Positions 18,436 to 27,534 of a stretch of DNA of 64,000 bases are shown here, in pieces. Source of the stretch: an uncultured Acidobacteriota bacterium. GTDB taxonomy: Bacteria > Acidobacteriota > Thermoanaerobaculia > Gp7-AA8. The stretch is taken from contig CAWGHO010000003.1 of assembly GCA_963822445.1 (NCBI GenBank), positions 1,312,001 to 1,376,000 of the forward strand, in the 5' to 3' direction. Position 1 is the stretch's first letter, and each line of letters opens with the position of its first letter. The translations under genes were made by a program, and so were the position numbers. The notes under the pieces were generated by a model. It saw only the letters and a list, made by a program, of their open reading frames with translations. It had not been told where the DNA came from and ran no database searches.

Positions 18436-18980
18436 AGGGAGTTCGAAAAGTGCATGACGCACGTTCGATCGGGACAGTGGGCGAATCCGAAGGTGTGGCC
18501 CAACTCGTGAGCGGTCTCCTTGACGACCCGCTCGCGAAGCCGGCCAGGATCTTCGGGCCATCCTCGGAATGACTCGCGAAGACGCGGCAGAGCGACCACT
18601 GCGAACCGGCCCGGCTTCTGGGCCTGGCCGAAGATGAAGTTGAGCCCTGGCGCGTACGCATCGGCATCGATGATTCCGACGATCCGATCGGCATCCGCAA
18701 CGTCCTGCCGCGCGAGGTCTTCGAGAAGAGCGGTCCCTCGATATTGCCGCCGCGACGGATCGAGCGCTTGTTCGGGGAGAGGCACCGCGGCTCCGACGAC
18801 GACGTCCCGTTTCACGATCGCCGGTAACTCTCTCTGCAGATGGCTCAGAACATCCTGCGGAACTGGTCCAATGGGGATGATGACGATGCGGCGCGACACC
18901 TGGCGATCGTCGCCCGAACAGCCGATGAGGGCAAGAACGACGACTACGAACCGCGCAATGCGCCCGGGGATGTTCGTCAT
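18378..18980 (-). CDS. Archaemetzincin family Zn-metalloprotease (M54), lipoprotein-like
   Basis: KETAHELGHTFGFAHCPDRTCVMHFSNS and LNFIFGQA motifs; lipobox-like LIGC. Confidence 0.9.
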   Translation of the reverse strand: MTNIPGRIARFVVVVLALIGCSGDDRQVSRRIVIIPIGPVPQDVLSHLQRELPAIVKRDVVVGAAVPLPEQALDPSRRQYRGTALLEDLARQDVADADRIVGIIDADAYAPGLNFIFGQAQKPGRFAVVALPRLRESFRGWPEDPGRLRERVVKETAHELGHTFGFAHCPDRTCVMHFSNSLGDTDYKSSHFCNRERVKT

Positions 18981-19084
18981 GGAATGATGACGCTTACGGA
19001 CGATTACAGGTTTCGTCCTGCCTCGGCCACCGCAAGAAATCGATATAACAACCATCCGTTGGTGATGGGGCGATCAGCACCGCA

Positions 19085-19245
19085 CCAAGCGGTGGCATCC
19101 TGCCCTGCAGCATTCCGTGAAGCGTTCCGGGACGATACAGATCGAAGTAGTCGCCGTAGACGTAACAGAACATCACGCTCACCCATAGACTGGCAATCTT
19201 CAGTCGCACGGATGCAGGCGCGTCGTGAAGCGTGTTCGATTTCAT
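19085..19245 (-). pseudogene. Truncated DUF6326-like membrane protein fragment
   Basis: MKSNTLHDAPASVRLKIASLWVSVMFCYVYGDYFDLYRPG; family-like sequence stops abruptly. Confidence 0.55.
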
Positions 19246-19298
19246 GGGCTTCCGGTCGTTACGGTGAGGTGAGACCAGCGCGGATGAAGCCAGGCAGC

Positions 19299-19949
19299 CT
19301 ATGTGTCGGCAGGCGCGTCGTCCCAGTCCATGACCTGCCGATCGCATATCCATTCGAGCGCCTTTCGGCGTTCCACGATGACATCGAGGTTGAAGACGCC
19401 GGTATCGTAACCCCCTAGTTGCCCGTCGCGCGCGTACCAGTGCGCACGGTAATACAAGTCGAGCATCGGGTAAATCTGATCGAAAGGACGGAGAGAGAAG
19501 CGAGCACGAAACCGTTCCCCGGTTTCGCCGACCTGCAGATTCGGAAGTAGCGACGCCAGATGGTCACCCACGGGCTGAGGGATCGGAACGTCCGGTATGA
19601 GCTGGCCGGCCCACACCAGAGTCCAGAGAGATTCTACGTACCAATAGAGATCGACCTTGTCCTGTTCGCTCAACTGGGCGTTCGATCTCCGAAGAATCTG
19701 CGACTCACGCCGGGAGAGAGAACCTCGAAGACCATTGGATGTGATCCACCCGTCGATGACGTTTATCGGCGCGCCAAAGTAGATCTGCAGTAACGCATTC
19801 ATGACCAATGCGCGATCGGCGACCTGTCCGGATTCGCGCGGCTGCGTCCTGTCGAGCCAGGGGAGCGCGTCGAGAACCTCTCCTCCCAGGGTTCGGATGA
19901 TGCGCTCGGATTCCGCTTTGACGTCGTGAGGCAGGGTGCTGTTTGCCAT
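19299..19949 (-). CDS. DUF4272 domain protein
   Basis: WYVESLWTLVWA and LDLYYRAHWYARD...VIVERRKALEW...WDD motifs. Confidence 0.8.
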   Translation of the reverse strand: MANSTLPHDVKAESERIIRTLGGEVLDALPWLDRTQPRESGQVADRALVMNALLQIYFGAPINVIDGWITSNGLRGSLSRRESQILRRSNAQLSEQDKVDLYWYVESLWTLVWAGQLIPDVPIPQPVGDHLASLLPNLQVGETGERFRARFSLRPFDQIYPMLDLYYRAHWYARDGQLGGYDTGVFNLDVIVERRKALEWICDRQVMDWDDAPADT

Positions 19950-20012
19950 GCGCGAATGTTCGCACGACGGCAGGTCGCCGTCAGAGAACGTCTATGCCTC
20001 GAGATGCACCCG

Positions 20013-21482
20013 CTATTTTCTCACCGACCGACGACGCGGCCGGTCGTCGTCATAGAGCGTCAAGGTCAGGATGTTGGTCTCGAGGACGGAGCCGCCGGTC
20101 GGACTCGCCAGCGTGATGATGACGGTCTTCGAGTCGCCGATTACTTCGTTGTTGAAGACCGGAACCGTAAACGTCTTGCTGGCGGCATCACCATCAATCC
20201 AGCTCAAGACACCGCTCACACTCTGATAGTCGATCCCATCTACAGCGGTGCCGCCCGTGACGGCATACGCCACGCTCACCGCGCCGTCGGAGCCGTCGGT
20301 TCGCTGCACCTCGATGGTGGCGCTGCCGGCGCTCTCTACGACGCTGAACGCCGGTGATGAAAAGGACAGCGTTCCAGGTACGGGATCCGCCAATCCGACC
20401 GCTGGCCGGTACACCTGGTTGAGAGTGCTGCCGGAGCTGCCCCCGATACCGGTGCCGCCACCGGTCGCCCAGATCAGACCGTCCACGAAGGCTGAGCCGA
20501 CAATGCCATGAACCGGGATAGGCATGTCGGGGAGTTCTGTCCATGTGTTGGTCTGAGGGTTGTAGTAGTCATGGTCGGGGAACATGCCGGCCGGCCCCTC
20601 GCCGCCCCAGATGTGGAACAAACCGCGGGCCATGACCCCGTTCATGCCGCTGCGGGGTTCCACCATGGGGGCGGCGGTCGTCCAGCTTTGCGTTTGAGGG
20701 TCAAAAACTTCGTGCGCGGTCGTCATGAGGGGCGACAATCCATTGCCTTGCCGCCCGCCGACGTAGTGGATGCGGCCGTTGATCGCCGCGCCGGTGAAGT
20801 GGTTGCGCTGCGTGGGCAGGTTCGGCAGCACCTGCCAGGTATTGGCCGCCGGGTCGTAGACGGCGAAGTCGGATCCACGCGGCAATCGTCCACCGGCGAC
20901 GTAGATCTGGCCGTCGTGCACAACGGCAACGCCGGAGCTGCGCGCCGTGGGCATCGGGGCCTTCGTGACCCATACACCGACGGCGGGATCCAGTTCGTAG
21001 ACGGTGTTCACGTAGCTGTTCGTGTTCGGGGGGTCATCGGCGTTCAACTGGCCGCCGAGGAGGTAGATCTTCCCGTTCACGCTGGCCGCCATCCCGTGGT
21101 TGTTGGGCAGCGGGAGCTGTGGACCGTAGGCCCAGCTGTCAGTGGCGATGTCGTAAATCTGGACCGTACGGGCGGTCACCCGATTCGGCGGATAGCCGCC
21201 CATGAGGTAGAGCTTGCCGTTCGCTTCCGCGAGGGCCAACTCGGAGAGGGGTTCGAGCGTCGAGGCTCGCATCCCCCATTCGCCGGGGGCCGGCTGCTGC
21301 GCTGTCGCCGCCGAGGCGAGGCCGAGCAGTGCGAGGCACGGAGCGATGCGGACGAGAAGCCTCGCAGCGCGAGATGTACGAGAACCCAGTTCAATGACGC
21401 GCCGACGATGAGCAACAACGGCGCTGGTGGCGTCGATCGAGACAGCAGCAAACCTGTTGGTTAGAGTGGCCATTGTGCGCAT
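20013..21482 (-). CDS. Secreted Kelch-repeat beta-propeller + Calx-beta domain protein with C-terminal RPRRRSVRK tail (start uncertain)
   Basis: Six GG-containing Kelch repeats (GKLYLMGG, GKIYLLGG, GQIYVAGG...); Calx-beta SVVESAGSATIEVQRTDGSDGAVSVAY...GTAVDGIDY. Confidence 0.88.
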   Translation of the reverse strand: MRTMATLTNRFAAVSIDATSAVVAHRRRVIELGSRTSRAARLLVRIAPCLALLGLASAATAQQPAPGEWGMRASTLEPLSELALAEANGKLYLMGGYPPNRVTARTVQIYDIATDSWAYGPQLPLPNNHGMAASVNGKIYLLGGQLNADDPPNTNSYVNTVYELDPAVGVWVTKAPMPTARSSGVAVVHDGQIYVAGGRLPRGSDFAVYDPAANTWQVLPNLPTQRNHFTGAAINGRIHYVGGRQGNGLSPLMTTAHEVFDPQTQSWTTAAPMVEPRSGMNGVMARGLFHIWGGEGPAGMFPDHDYYNPQTNTWTELPDMPIPVHGIVGSAFVDGLIWATGGGTGIGGSSGSTLNQVYRPAVGLADPVPGTLSFSSPAFSVVESAGSATIEVQRTDGSDGAVSVAYAVTGGTAVDGIDYQSVSGVLSWIDGDAASKTFTVPVFNNEVIGDSKTVIITLASPTGGSVLETNILTLTLYDDDRPRRRSVRK

Positions 21483-21650
21483 GGAACCGCGAGTTTAATC
21501 TCCGGTCCCGCCTCGCCACGGATTCACATTGGTTACAACCTGCTACGTGCGCTGGGCTGCCCGATCGGATCACAGGAACGACCGACGCTGAGCATTGCGA
21601 GTACGCGGAATTCATGGAAGCGTGCAATACGCGTCACCTGTAATTCGTCC

Positions 21651-21836
21651 GGCCGACGTCTGTCGCCTAAGCTGCGGCGAGCCCCACGCGCGTGCGGGCA
21701 GAGCGGCACGCCGGTCGCCGCGATTGACGTCGACCGATCTGCGAGCGGCGTGCCGCCGCGCATCTTGAAAGAATCGAGGGGCTTCAGCCCCGGGCGCGGT
21801 AAACGGGTCGCTGACGGTTGCTGGCAGGACTTGGGC
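21651..21836 (+). mobile_element. attC-like element (degenerate copy)
   Basis: ggccgacgtctgtcgcctaagctgcggcg...ggggcttcagcccc...ttgctggcaggacttgggc; homologous to the other copies but with decayed core sites. Confidence 0.7.
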
Positions 21837-21907
21837 GGCTTTGTCACGGTCTACCCGGACTTGATGTTTCGGGTAGGGATAAATCGTCCGGCGTCACTCC
21901 TATCGAT

Positions 21908-22939
21908 GTGAGCGATGACATCGATCGAAGCTCCATCGCCGAGCAGATCCGCGATGTGCTTCAGAACAACTACAAAGACGTGCGCCACGTTGAGCTTGAG
22001 ACCGCCGCGGCAATCGCGAACCGCGTCATGGGTTGGGCGAAAGTCTTCGGCTTCTTTGCCGGTATTCCACTCGTGCTAATCGCAGTGTGGCTTGGCTGGA
22101 TCGGTTACAAGTCGATCAGCGATTTGGAAAAGCTCCAGGACCAGATTGCCGCGTTGCAGACCGACGTCATATCCAAACAGGCGCAGCTAGCAAAGCTAAA
22201 GGAGCTCGACTCGCTCGAACAGCGGCTAACAAGTCTTGCCACTCGAGTGAAATCGCTCGAAGTGAAATTCAGCGGCTCGGCGGACGTCGGAACCGACGCA
22301 AGGCGCCGTATCGAAGACGTCCTCACTCGATATCAGGCTCATTTCGCCTCCCTCGGGGTCCGTTTCGCCGCGAATCAGGAAACGAACATCCGCATTGAGA
22401 AGTCAGACGTGATGGCCGAGAAGAATTCACTCGCGTATTACGATCCGGAGAAAAATGAGATGGTCGTCAGTGAAGACTATATCGCTAACGACGACGTCGT
22501 GCTCCGCGAGTATACGCACCTCGTTCTCGCGCTCGCAAATCCAGACGCAAAAGCAATGGGCACGCCGAATCTCTATGCACTCGAATCTGGTCTCGCTGAC
22601 TACTTTTCGCGAAGCTTCGCTGGCTCTCCCGCATACGAATCGCTCCCTGAACGCACTCTCGCGAACGACTTGAAAATTCGATCTGCGCGCGACTTCGCTG
22701 ACGCGCACACCGTCGGATTGGCTTGGGGTGCATTCGCGTGGGACTTGCGAGAAAAACTGGGCACAGAAGCCACCGACAGGCTCCTCTTGGAGGTCTGGAA
22801 AACGCCCGGGTGGAGTCGCGCGTCCAATCTCGTCGAGAGCTTTGTAACCGCGCTCTTCAATGTTGATGACGTCTTCAACGAAGGCGCGAACGAGAAATTA
22901 CTCCGGACTCTGCTTGTGAAACACGGCGTCGTGGACTGA
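21908..22939 (+). CDS. Cassette-borne membrane-anchored coiled-coil protein with a degenerate M4/M36-like peptidase domain (start uncertain)
   Basis: TM, coiled coil, then AYYD...DDVVLREYTHLVL...ALESGLADYF (HEXXH appears as REYTH). Confidence 0.65.
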   Translation: MSDDIDRSSIAEQIRDVLQNNYKDVRHVELETAAAIANRVMGWAKVFGFFAGIPLVLIAVWLGWIGYKSISDLEKLQDQIAALQTDVISKQAQLAKLKELDSLEQRLTSLATRVKSLEVKFSGSADVGTDARRRIEDVLTRYQAHFASLGVRFAANQETNIRIEKSDVMAEKNSLAYYDPEKNEMVVSEDYIANDDVVLREYTHLVLALANPDAKAMGTPNLYALESGLADYFSRSFAGSPAYESLPERTLANDLKIRSARDFADAHTVGLAWGAFAWDLREKLGTEATDRLLLEVWKTPGWSRASNLVESFVTALFNVDDVFNEGANEKLLRTLLVKHGVVD

Positions 22940-22985
22940 TACGGCCGAGGGATGTCGAGTCGTGTACTCTGCTCGTCTCGGGTCC

Positions 22986-23180
22986 GCCCAACGTCTATCG
23001 CCTCAGCGGCGGCGAGGCCCCGCGTGCCTACCGGGAAGCGGCGCGCCGCTTGCCGCAACTAACGAGATGTCGGCGGGCGCGATCTGCAAGCGGCGTGACG
23101 CCGTGCATCTTGGGACGAAACAGGGGCTTCAGCCCCGGGTCAGCGAACGGCCCGCCGTCCGCTGCTGGCAGTAGTTAGGC
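22986..23180 (+). mobile_element. attC-like recombination site (195 bp)
   Basis: Inverse core GCCCAAC and core GTTAGGC; outer stem GCCTCAGCGGCGGCG/CGCCGTCCGCTGCTGGC with bulged bases; lies 46 bp after a gene stop. Confidence 0.85.
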
Positions 23181-23224
23181 GGCGCCTATACTTGAATCCG
23201 TTCGCGGAGGCGCGACGTTAAATC

Positions 23225-24034
23225 ATGACAGATTCTTCAGTTCTGGAGACGGTTGTGGATGCGGCTCGTCGCCCGGTGATTCCGCTGTTTGCCGCTCGTA
23301 GTCGCCGGCGTTTCGAACACGTCGGTTCCGCCGTTCTCGTCCGAACACGTGCACGTCGATTTGTGATCGTCACGGCCGGTCACGTGCTCGATAACGTAAT
23401 TCCAGATCCGCTTCTGACATGGGGCACGTCCGAGTCGGGTGCGATCCGCCTGCGGTACCGCGACGCGCTAACTAGTGAACCACGCTCGTTCAGACGCCGT
23501 GCCGATCGTGTCGACCTGGCAGCCTTCATCCTCGATGATCGTACAGCCGACAGGCTTAGTTCCATCGGTGCCGTTTTCGTGTCGGAACTCTTGTTCACCG
23601 ACCGTATCAACACTGAGGCGATCTACGCATTCGTAGGATACCCGCGCTCAGTGAACAAGGTTGACCGCGTTAAAACGGCCGGTGGACGCCTCCGGCAAAT
23701 GCTTCCAAATACCGCCGCGTTCATGCCGGCGCAGGCATCCGAACAAAGGGCGTACGAACTTGTGAACGCGATCGCAAGTGTGAACTTCGTTGCGCGGTTT
23801 GATCGTGATAACTCCCAGCGATACGACGACGCGCGAAGGCCTCTACCCGACCCCAACGGAATGAGCGGCGGAGCTGTGTATTGCTTCGGGAACTCCGTCG
23901 CCGATGATTGGTACGCACTCGATCATTTACAGCTTGTGGGTGTTGGCACGGAGTACCACCGACGCGAACGATTATTCGTCGCAGCGAACTCGCGTGCGGT
24001 TCAGCACTTGCTTCGCGCACTTGATCAAAGCTAA
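23225..24034 (+). CDS. Cassette-borne trypsin-like serine protease
   Basis: Catalytic triad motifs VTAGHV, VDLAAF and GMSGGAV. Confidence 0.75.
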   Translation: MTDSSVLETVVDAARRPVIPLFAARSRRRFEHVGSAVLVRTRARRFVIVTAGHVLDNVIPDPLLTWGTSESGAIRLRYRDALTSEPRSFRRRADRVDLAAFILDDRTADRLSSIGAVFVSELLFTDRINTEAIYAFVGYPRSVNKVDRVKTAGGRLRQMLPNTAAFMPAQASEQRAYELVNAIASVNFVARFDRDNSQRYDDARRPLPDPNGMSGGAVYCFGNSVADDWYALDHLQLVGVGTEYHRRERLFVAANSRAVQHLLRALDQS

Positions 24035-24144
24035 CGATCCGATCGCACGCGAACCGCAGCAGGAAATGACCTTGAGCGGCCTCCATGTTGGTCCATTCGC
24101 GGAGCTTCATGGAAGCGTGCGAAAACACAACTTTTGATTCGTCC

Positions 24145-24343
24145 GCCTAACGTCTGTCGCCTAAGCTGCGGCGGGTGCGCGAGTGCAACCGGCTGAGCGG
24201 CGCGGCCGTTGCCGCGACTAACGCCTTTTCAGGCAGGAGCGATCTGCAACGGCCGTGACGCCGCGCAGATTGGAGTCGGCCGAGTCGGCTCGGCCGACGG
24301 GCCACGGAGACAGCCCGCCGACAGCTTCTGGCAGTAGTTAGGC
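24145..24343 (+). mobile_element. attC-like recombination site (199 bp)
   Basis: Perfectly complementary GCCTAAC...GTTAGGC; stem GCCTAAGCTGCGGCGGG/CCCGCCGACAGCTTCTGGC. Confidence 0.85.
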
Positions 24344-24379
24344 GGCTCCATTCATACTAAACAGTGTCGTAAGCGATCC

Positions 24380-24895
24380 TTAACGCGAAATACTTTCCGG
24401 GAAACACTGAATGACGACCGCGAGCGCCACGTCCGCCACAGCCAGAACTACTGATAGCGCAACGTTCAAGCGAGCGGCGCGAAACGGGGCCGGCCATTGT
24501 GGACGAGGCGCAAGACGGAAGGGCTTGACCGTCGGATCGCCGTGATCGTCGCCGGTTCGGCGAAGTAATTCAGAAGGGACGCCTTGCCCGATGTACTTCT
24601 TCGAGAGCTCGTAACCAAGCCACGTGAGTAAGTGGCCGTTGGCATCTCGAATCTTCGCATCGCGGAGCATCATAAAGACGAGTGCGATCGTTAGAATCGC
24701 CGCGGCGACGAGTAACACCGCGGAGAGCCAGTCGGTTCGAAGAGAAAGTGCTCCACCGAGTGCACCGGCTTGAATCGCGAGTATTATTTGCACCCGACTC
24801 CACATGAGCGCGTCCTGATGACAAAAGTGCGCCATCAGAGTTGCGAACAGATTGGCGTCGGGCTCCGGTTTGTTTTCCGGTGATGCGTTGGTCAT
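24380..24895 (-). CDS. Hypothetical 3-TM membrane protein (cassette-like)
   Basis: 171 aa ORF with HQDALMWSRVQIILAIQAGAL and hydrophobic helices; lies between attC-like sites. Confidence 0.6.
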   Translation of the reverse strand: MTNASPENKPEPDANLFATLMAHFCHQDALMWSRVQIILAIQAGALGGALSLRTDWLSAVLLVAAAILTIALVFMMLRDAKIRDANGHLLTWLGYELSKKYIGQGVPSELLRRTGDDHGDPTVKPFRLAPRPQWPAPFRAARLNVALSVVLAVADVALAVVIQCFPESISR

Positions 24896-25122
24896 CGATC
24901 CTCGCAGACGGCAACGACGGTTCCATGAATTCTAGCGAACGTTGCGGCCAATCGAATGGGCGATTACCTATTTTGACACAATTGCGCATTTCGGTTGTTT
25001 GGAGCTGGTCTGCCGGAGCGATTGCGCTGCCTTGCCTGGTAGGATAGGACGATTGGCTCGAACAAGCGTCTGTCACGCGCTCGGACGAACGTCGGGCCAC
25101 CTCTGGATTCTCGCTCCAGTCC

Positions 25123-25140
25123 GCCTAACTCCTGATTAGC
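25123..25140. mobile_element. Isolated integron-type core site (GCCTAAC; minus strand TAATCAGGAGTTAGGC), possible array end or attI-like remnant
   Basis: Same gtccGCCTAAC context as the 24145 copy but without the attC stem; lies ~70 bp from the 3' end of the VWA gene. Confidence 0.4.
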
Positions 25141-25210
25141 CAGCGTAGCCGGCCCCCGGCGTCCACTCGGGTTGGAGGCAAGGTAGCAGCCGACGGTTAG
25201 CGAACGCGTC

Positions 25211-27529
25211 TCACCACGGCGCGTAATACCCAGCCGGTGCTCGTACCTCGCGACCCCGCCCGGCCACATCGACGTCGATCGTCCGCCAGTCGTTCTCACT
25301 CCTGCCTGGATCGGTGCGAATCACGACCAGGGATTGCGCACGCAGGGCGGCGGCGATCTTCTCGTATACCTCGGGGAGCTCTGTGAGGTTGCGGAGGGAA
25401 TGGGTGTTGCCGCCGGTCGAGCGGATCACGTTTACGAAACCGGCGAAGTTGATCGACCAGGAATCGCCGGCGACGGACTGCACCGTGAAACCGTCGCGGG
25501 AATTGGGGCCGGCCGCGCGCGTGGGCGCGTTGGCGAAGGGGCGGGCGGTGGGTGGGGCGGCGATCAGGTAAATGGGGATGTTGCTGCGCCTGGCCAGGTC
25601 CTCGACGTGTTTCGTCTCGTAGCGGCTGACCCGGTCGTCGCCGTCGCTGAAGACGATCATGGCTCGCCGGCCTTTGATTCCTTCGAATTGCAGGAGGCCG
25701 AGGATCATGGCGTCGTAGAGAGCGGTATCGCCTTGTGTGCGCAGCGCCATGATCTTGTTGCGCAATAAGGCGCGATCGGAGGTTGGTGTCTGAATTAAGC
25801 GCGCTGTAGTGTCGAACGTAATCAGAAAGGCGCGGTCATTGGGGCCGAGGGCTGTATCGAGAAAGCGGATGGCGGCTTCCTGCACGTCGAGCAGGTTCTT
25901 GTACATGCTCCCGGACGTGTCGAAGACGAGGCCCACCGTCAATGGGGCGTCGCTCCCGCTGATGACTGACTCAATGGCGCGTTTCATCCGGCCTTCGCGG
26001 ACCGTCACATCCTTCGTCGTAAGGCGGACAGGGGCGCCGTCATCCGTGATCGTGACCGGAAGCTCGACGAGCAGCACATTGGACTGCTCGACGTAACCCG
26101 TCGTGTTGAGCAGCACCGCGTCTTCCGTGGTGCGGCCATCATCGAGCTCCGCGACCGCTTTCAGGATTCCGAGCTCCGTCGGGATGCGAACATCCGCTTG
26201 CCAGGGCTCTCTGGTGATCACCGCGCGTTCGGCGTCATTCCAGGAAACGACCACGCGTTTCACATTACGGCCGGCCGGCGCGCGCATGGTCGTGGTCACG
26301 CGCACATTGCCGCTGGCCTTGCCCGCTCGCGGCTCGATCAGCCGGAGCCAGAACATGTCGCCGGCATGGTTGACGGTCAGCTCATGCCGCCCGATCTCTT
26401 TCCCCTTCACGTTGAATGCGACGGCACGAATGGTTTTCGCCTGCGGGATGCGCCCGAAATCGACGCTCGTCGAAAACGGCGGCCGATCGACAGCCGCTTT
26501 CTGATCGCCGTCGACGGTGAACACGACCCGCGCGACGTGGGTCGACGAAACGGAGGTCAGGATGCGCTGCGGTCCGGTGACGATCTGTTCCTGCGGCGGA
26601 ATGATCCGGATCGGCGTCGACTGCGGAGCTGCGGCCGCCGGCTGGAGCGACGCCAGGGCCTCGCTGGCGCTGGCGCGCGTGCCGCTGCCGCGCGGCGCGA
26701 GCTCGATCGCTTTCCTGTACGCCTGCGTCGCTTCATCGGTTGCACCTGCACTGCGATGAATGGTCGCGATTCCCATCCACGCCGTCGCAGCCGCCTCGGT
26801 ATTGCTCGCGTTGGCGGCCAGCGTCTGCAGGGACTGCAAGGCCTCGCTTCGCTTCGGCCCGTTCGAGTCGAGCATGGCCAGCGCCACGATCGCCATCTCC
26901 CGCGTGGACGCACTTCCGTGCAAGCTGGCGCGCTCGATGGCGGCGCGACCTTCGTCGCCGCGTCCGAGGATGTACAGGGCGGTTGCCAGTTCGAGCTCGC
27001 CTTCATGCGGACCTTTGGTTTCCGCGAGCGCGGCTGCGTTCTCGAGATTCGGTTTGGCCGACACGATGCCGTCGAGCATCGCCGCGAAGACGGTGTTGTC
27101 GGCCGGAAGTCCTCCGAGCCTGGCTACGGGTTTCCCGCGACGATCGTGCAGAACCAGGTCGCTGATCTGCATTTCCGGCGGCCCGAAGAGCGGCCGCGTC
27201 ACGAACACGATCTCGGCCAGACGCCGCTGAACGCCGGGGTGTTTCAGCAGTTTGTCTTCGAAGTCGGCGCAGCGGCGTTGCGCCTTGCACTTGGCCGGTT
27301 TCTCGAAGAGCAGGATCGGCTTCTTCTCGCGTCCGGCGCGCTCCAGCGCCTCGCGCCACGAAGCATCGGTCGCGGGATCGACGGCCGGAGGCTCGGCTTC
27401 GACCTCGTCATCGCTCTCGTCATGGATCTCGATCTCGCCCATCGAGACCGCCGGCTTCGGCGCGGGCTGCTGTGCGGGAAGAGGAACGGCGAATATCGAA
27501 ACGAGAACAGCGACTGACCAGAGTCGCAC
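25211..27529 (-). CDS. Secreted TPR + Ig-like + VWA domain protein (acidobacterial VWFA-related)
   Basis: Signal peptide; MIDAS VFDTSGSM; TALYDA; AMIVFSDGDD; WRTIDV...VRAPAGYYA. Confidence 0.88.
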   Translation of the reverse strand: MRLWSVAVLVSIFAVPLPAQQPAPKPAVSMGEIEIHDESDDEVEAEPPAVDPATDASWREALERAGREKKPILLFEKPAKCKAQRRCADFEDKLLKHPGVQRRLAEIVFVTRPLFGPPEMQISDLVLHDRRGKPVARLGGLPADNTVFAAMLDGIVSAKPNLENAAALAETKGPHEGELELATALYILGRGDEGRAAIERASLHGSASTREMAIVALAMLDSNGPKRSEALQSLQTLAANASNTEAAATAWMGIATIHRSAGATDEATQAYRKAIELAPRGSGTRASASEALASLQPAAAAPQSTPIRIIPPQEQIVTGPQRILTSVSSTHVARVVFTVDGDQKAAVDRPPFSTSVDFGRIPQAKTIRAVAFNVKGKEIGRHELTVNHAGDMFWLRLIEPRAGKASGNVRVTTTMRAPAGRNVKRVVVSWNDAERAVITREPWQADVRIPTELGILKAVAELDDGRTTEDAVLLNTTGYVEQSNVLLVELPVTITDDGAPVRLTTKDVTVREGRMKRAIESVISGSDAPLTVGLVFDTSGSMYKNLLDVQEAAIRFLDTALGPNDRAFLITFDTTARLIQTPTSDRALLRNKIMALRTQGDTALYDAMILGLLQFEGIKGRRAMIVFSDGDDRVSRYETKHVEDLARRSNIPIYLIAAPPTARPFANAPTRAAGPNSRDGFTVQSVAGDSWSINFAGFVNVIRSTGGNTHSLRNLTELPEVYEKIAAALRAQSLVVIRTDPGRSENDWRTIDVDVAGRGREVRAPAGYYAPW

Positions 27530-27534
27530 TGTGT

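Noticed and set aside
21651-25200. CRISPR array or complete integron
   Set aside because: Repeats are ~195 bp and separated by whole genes; no cas genes and no tyrosine recombinase in the window.
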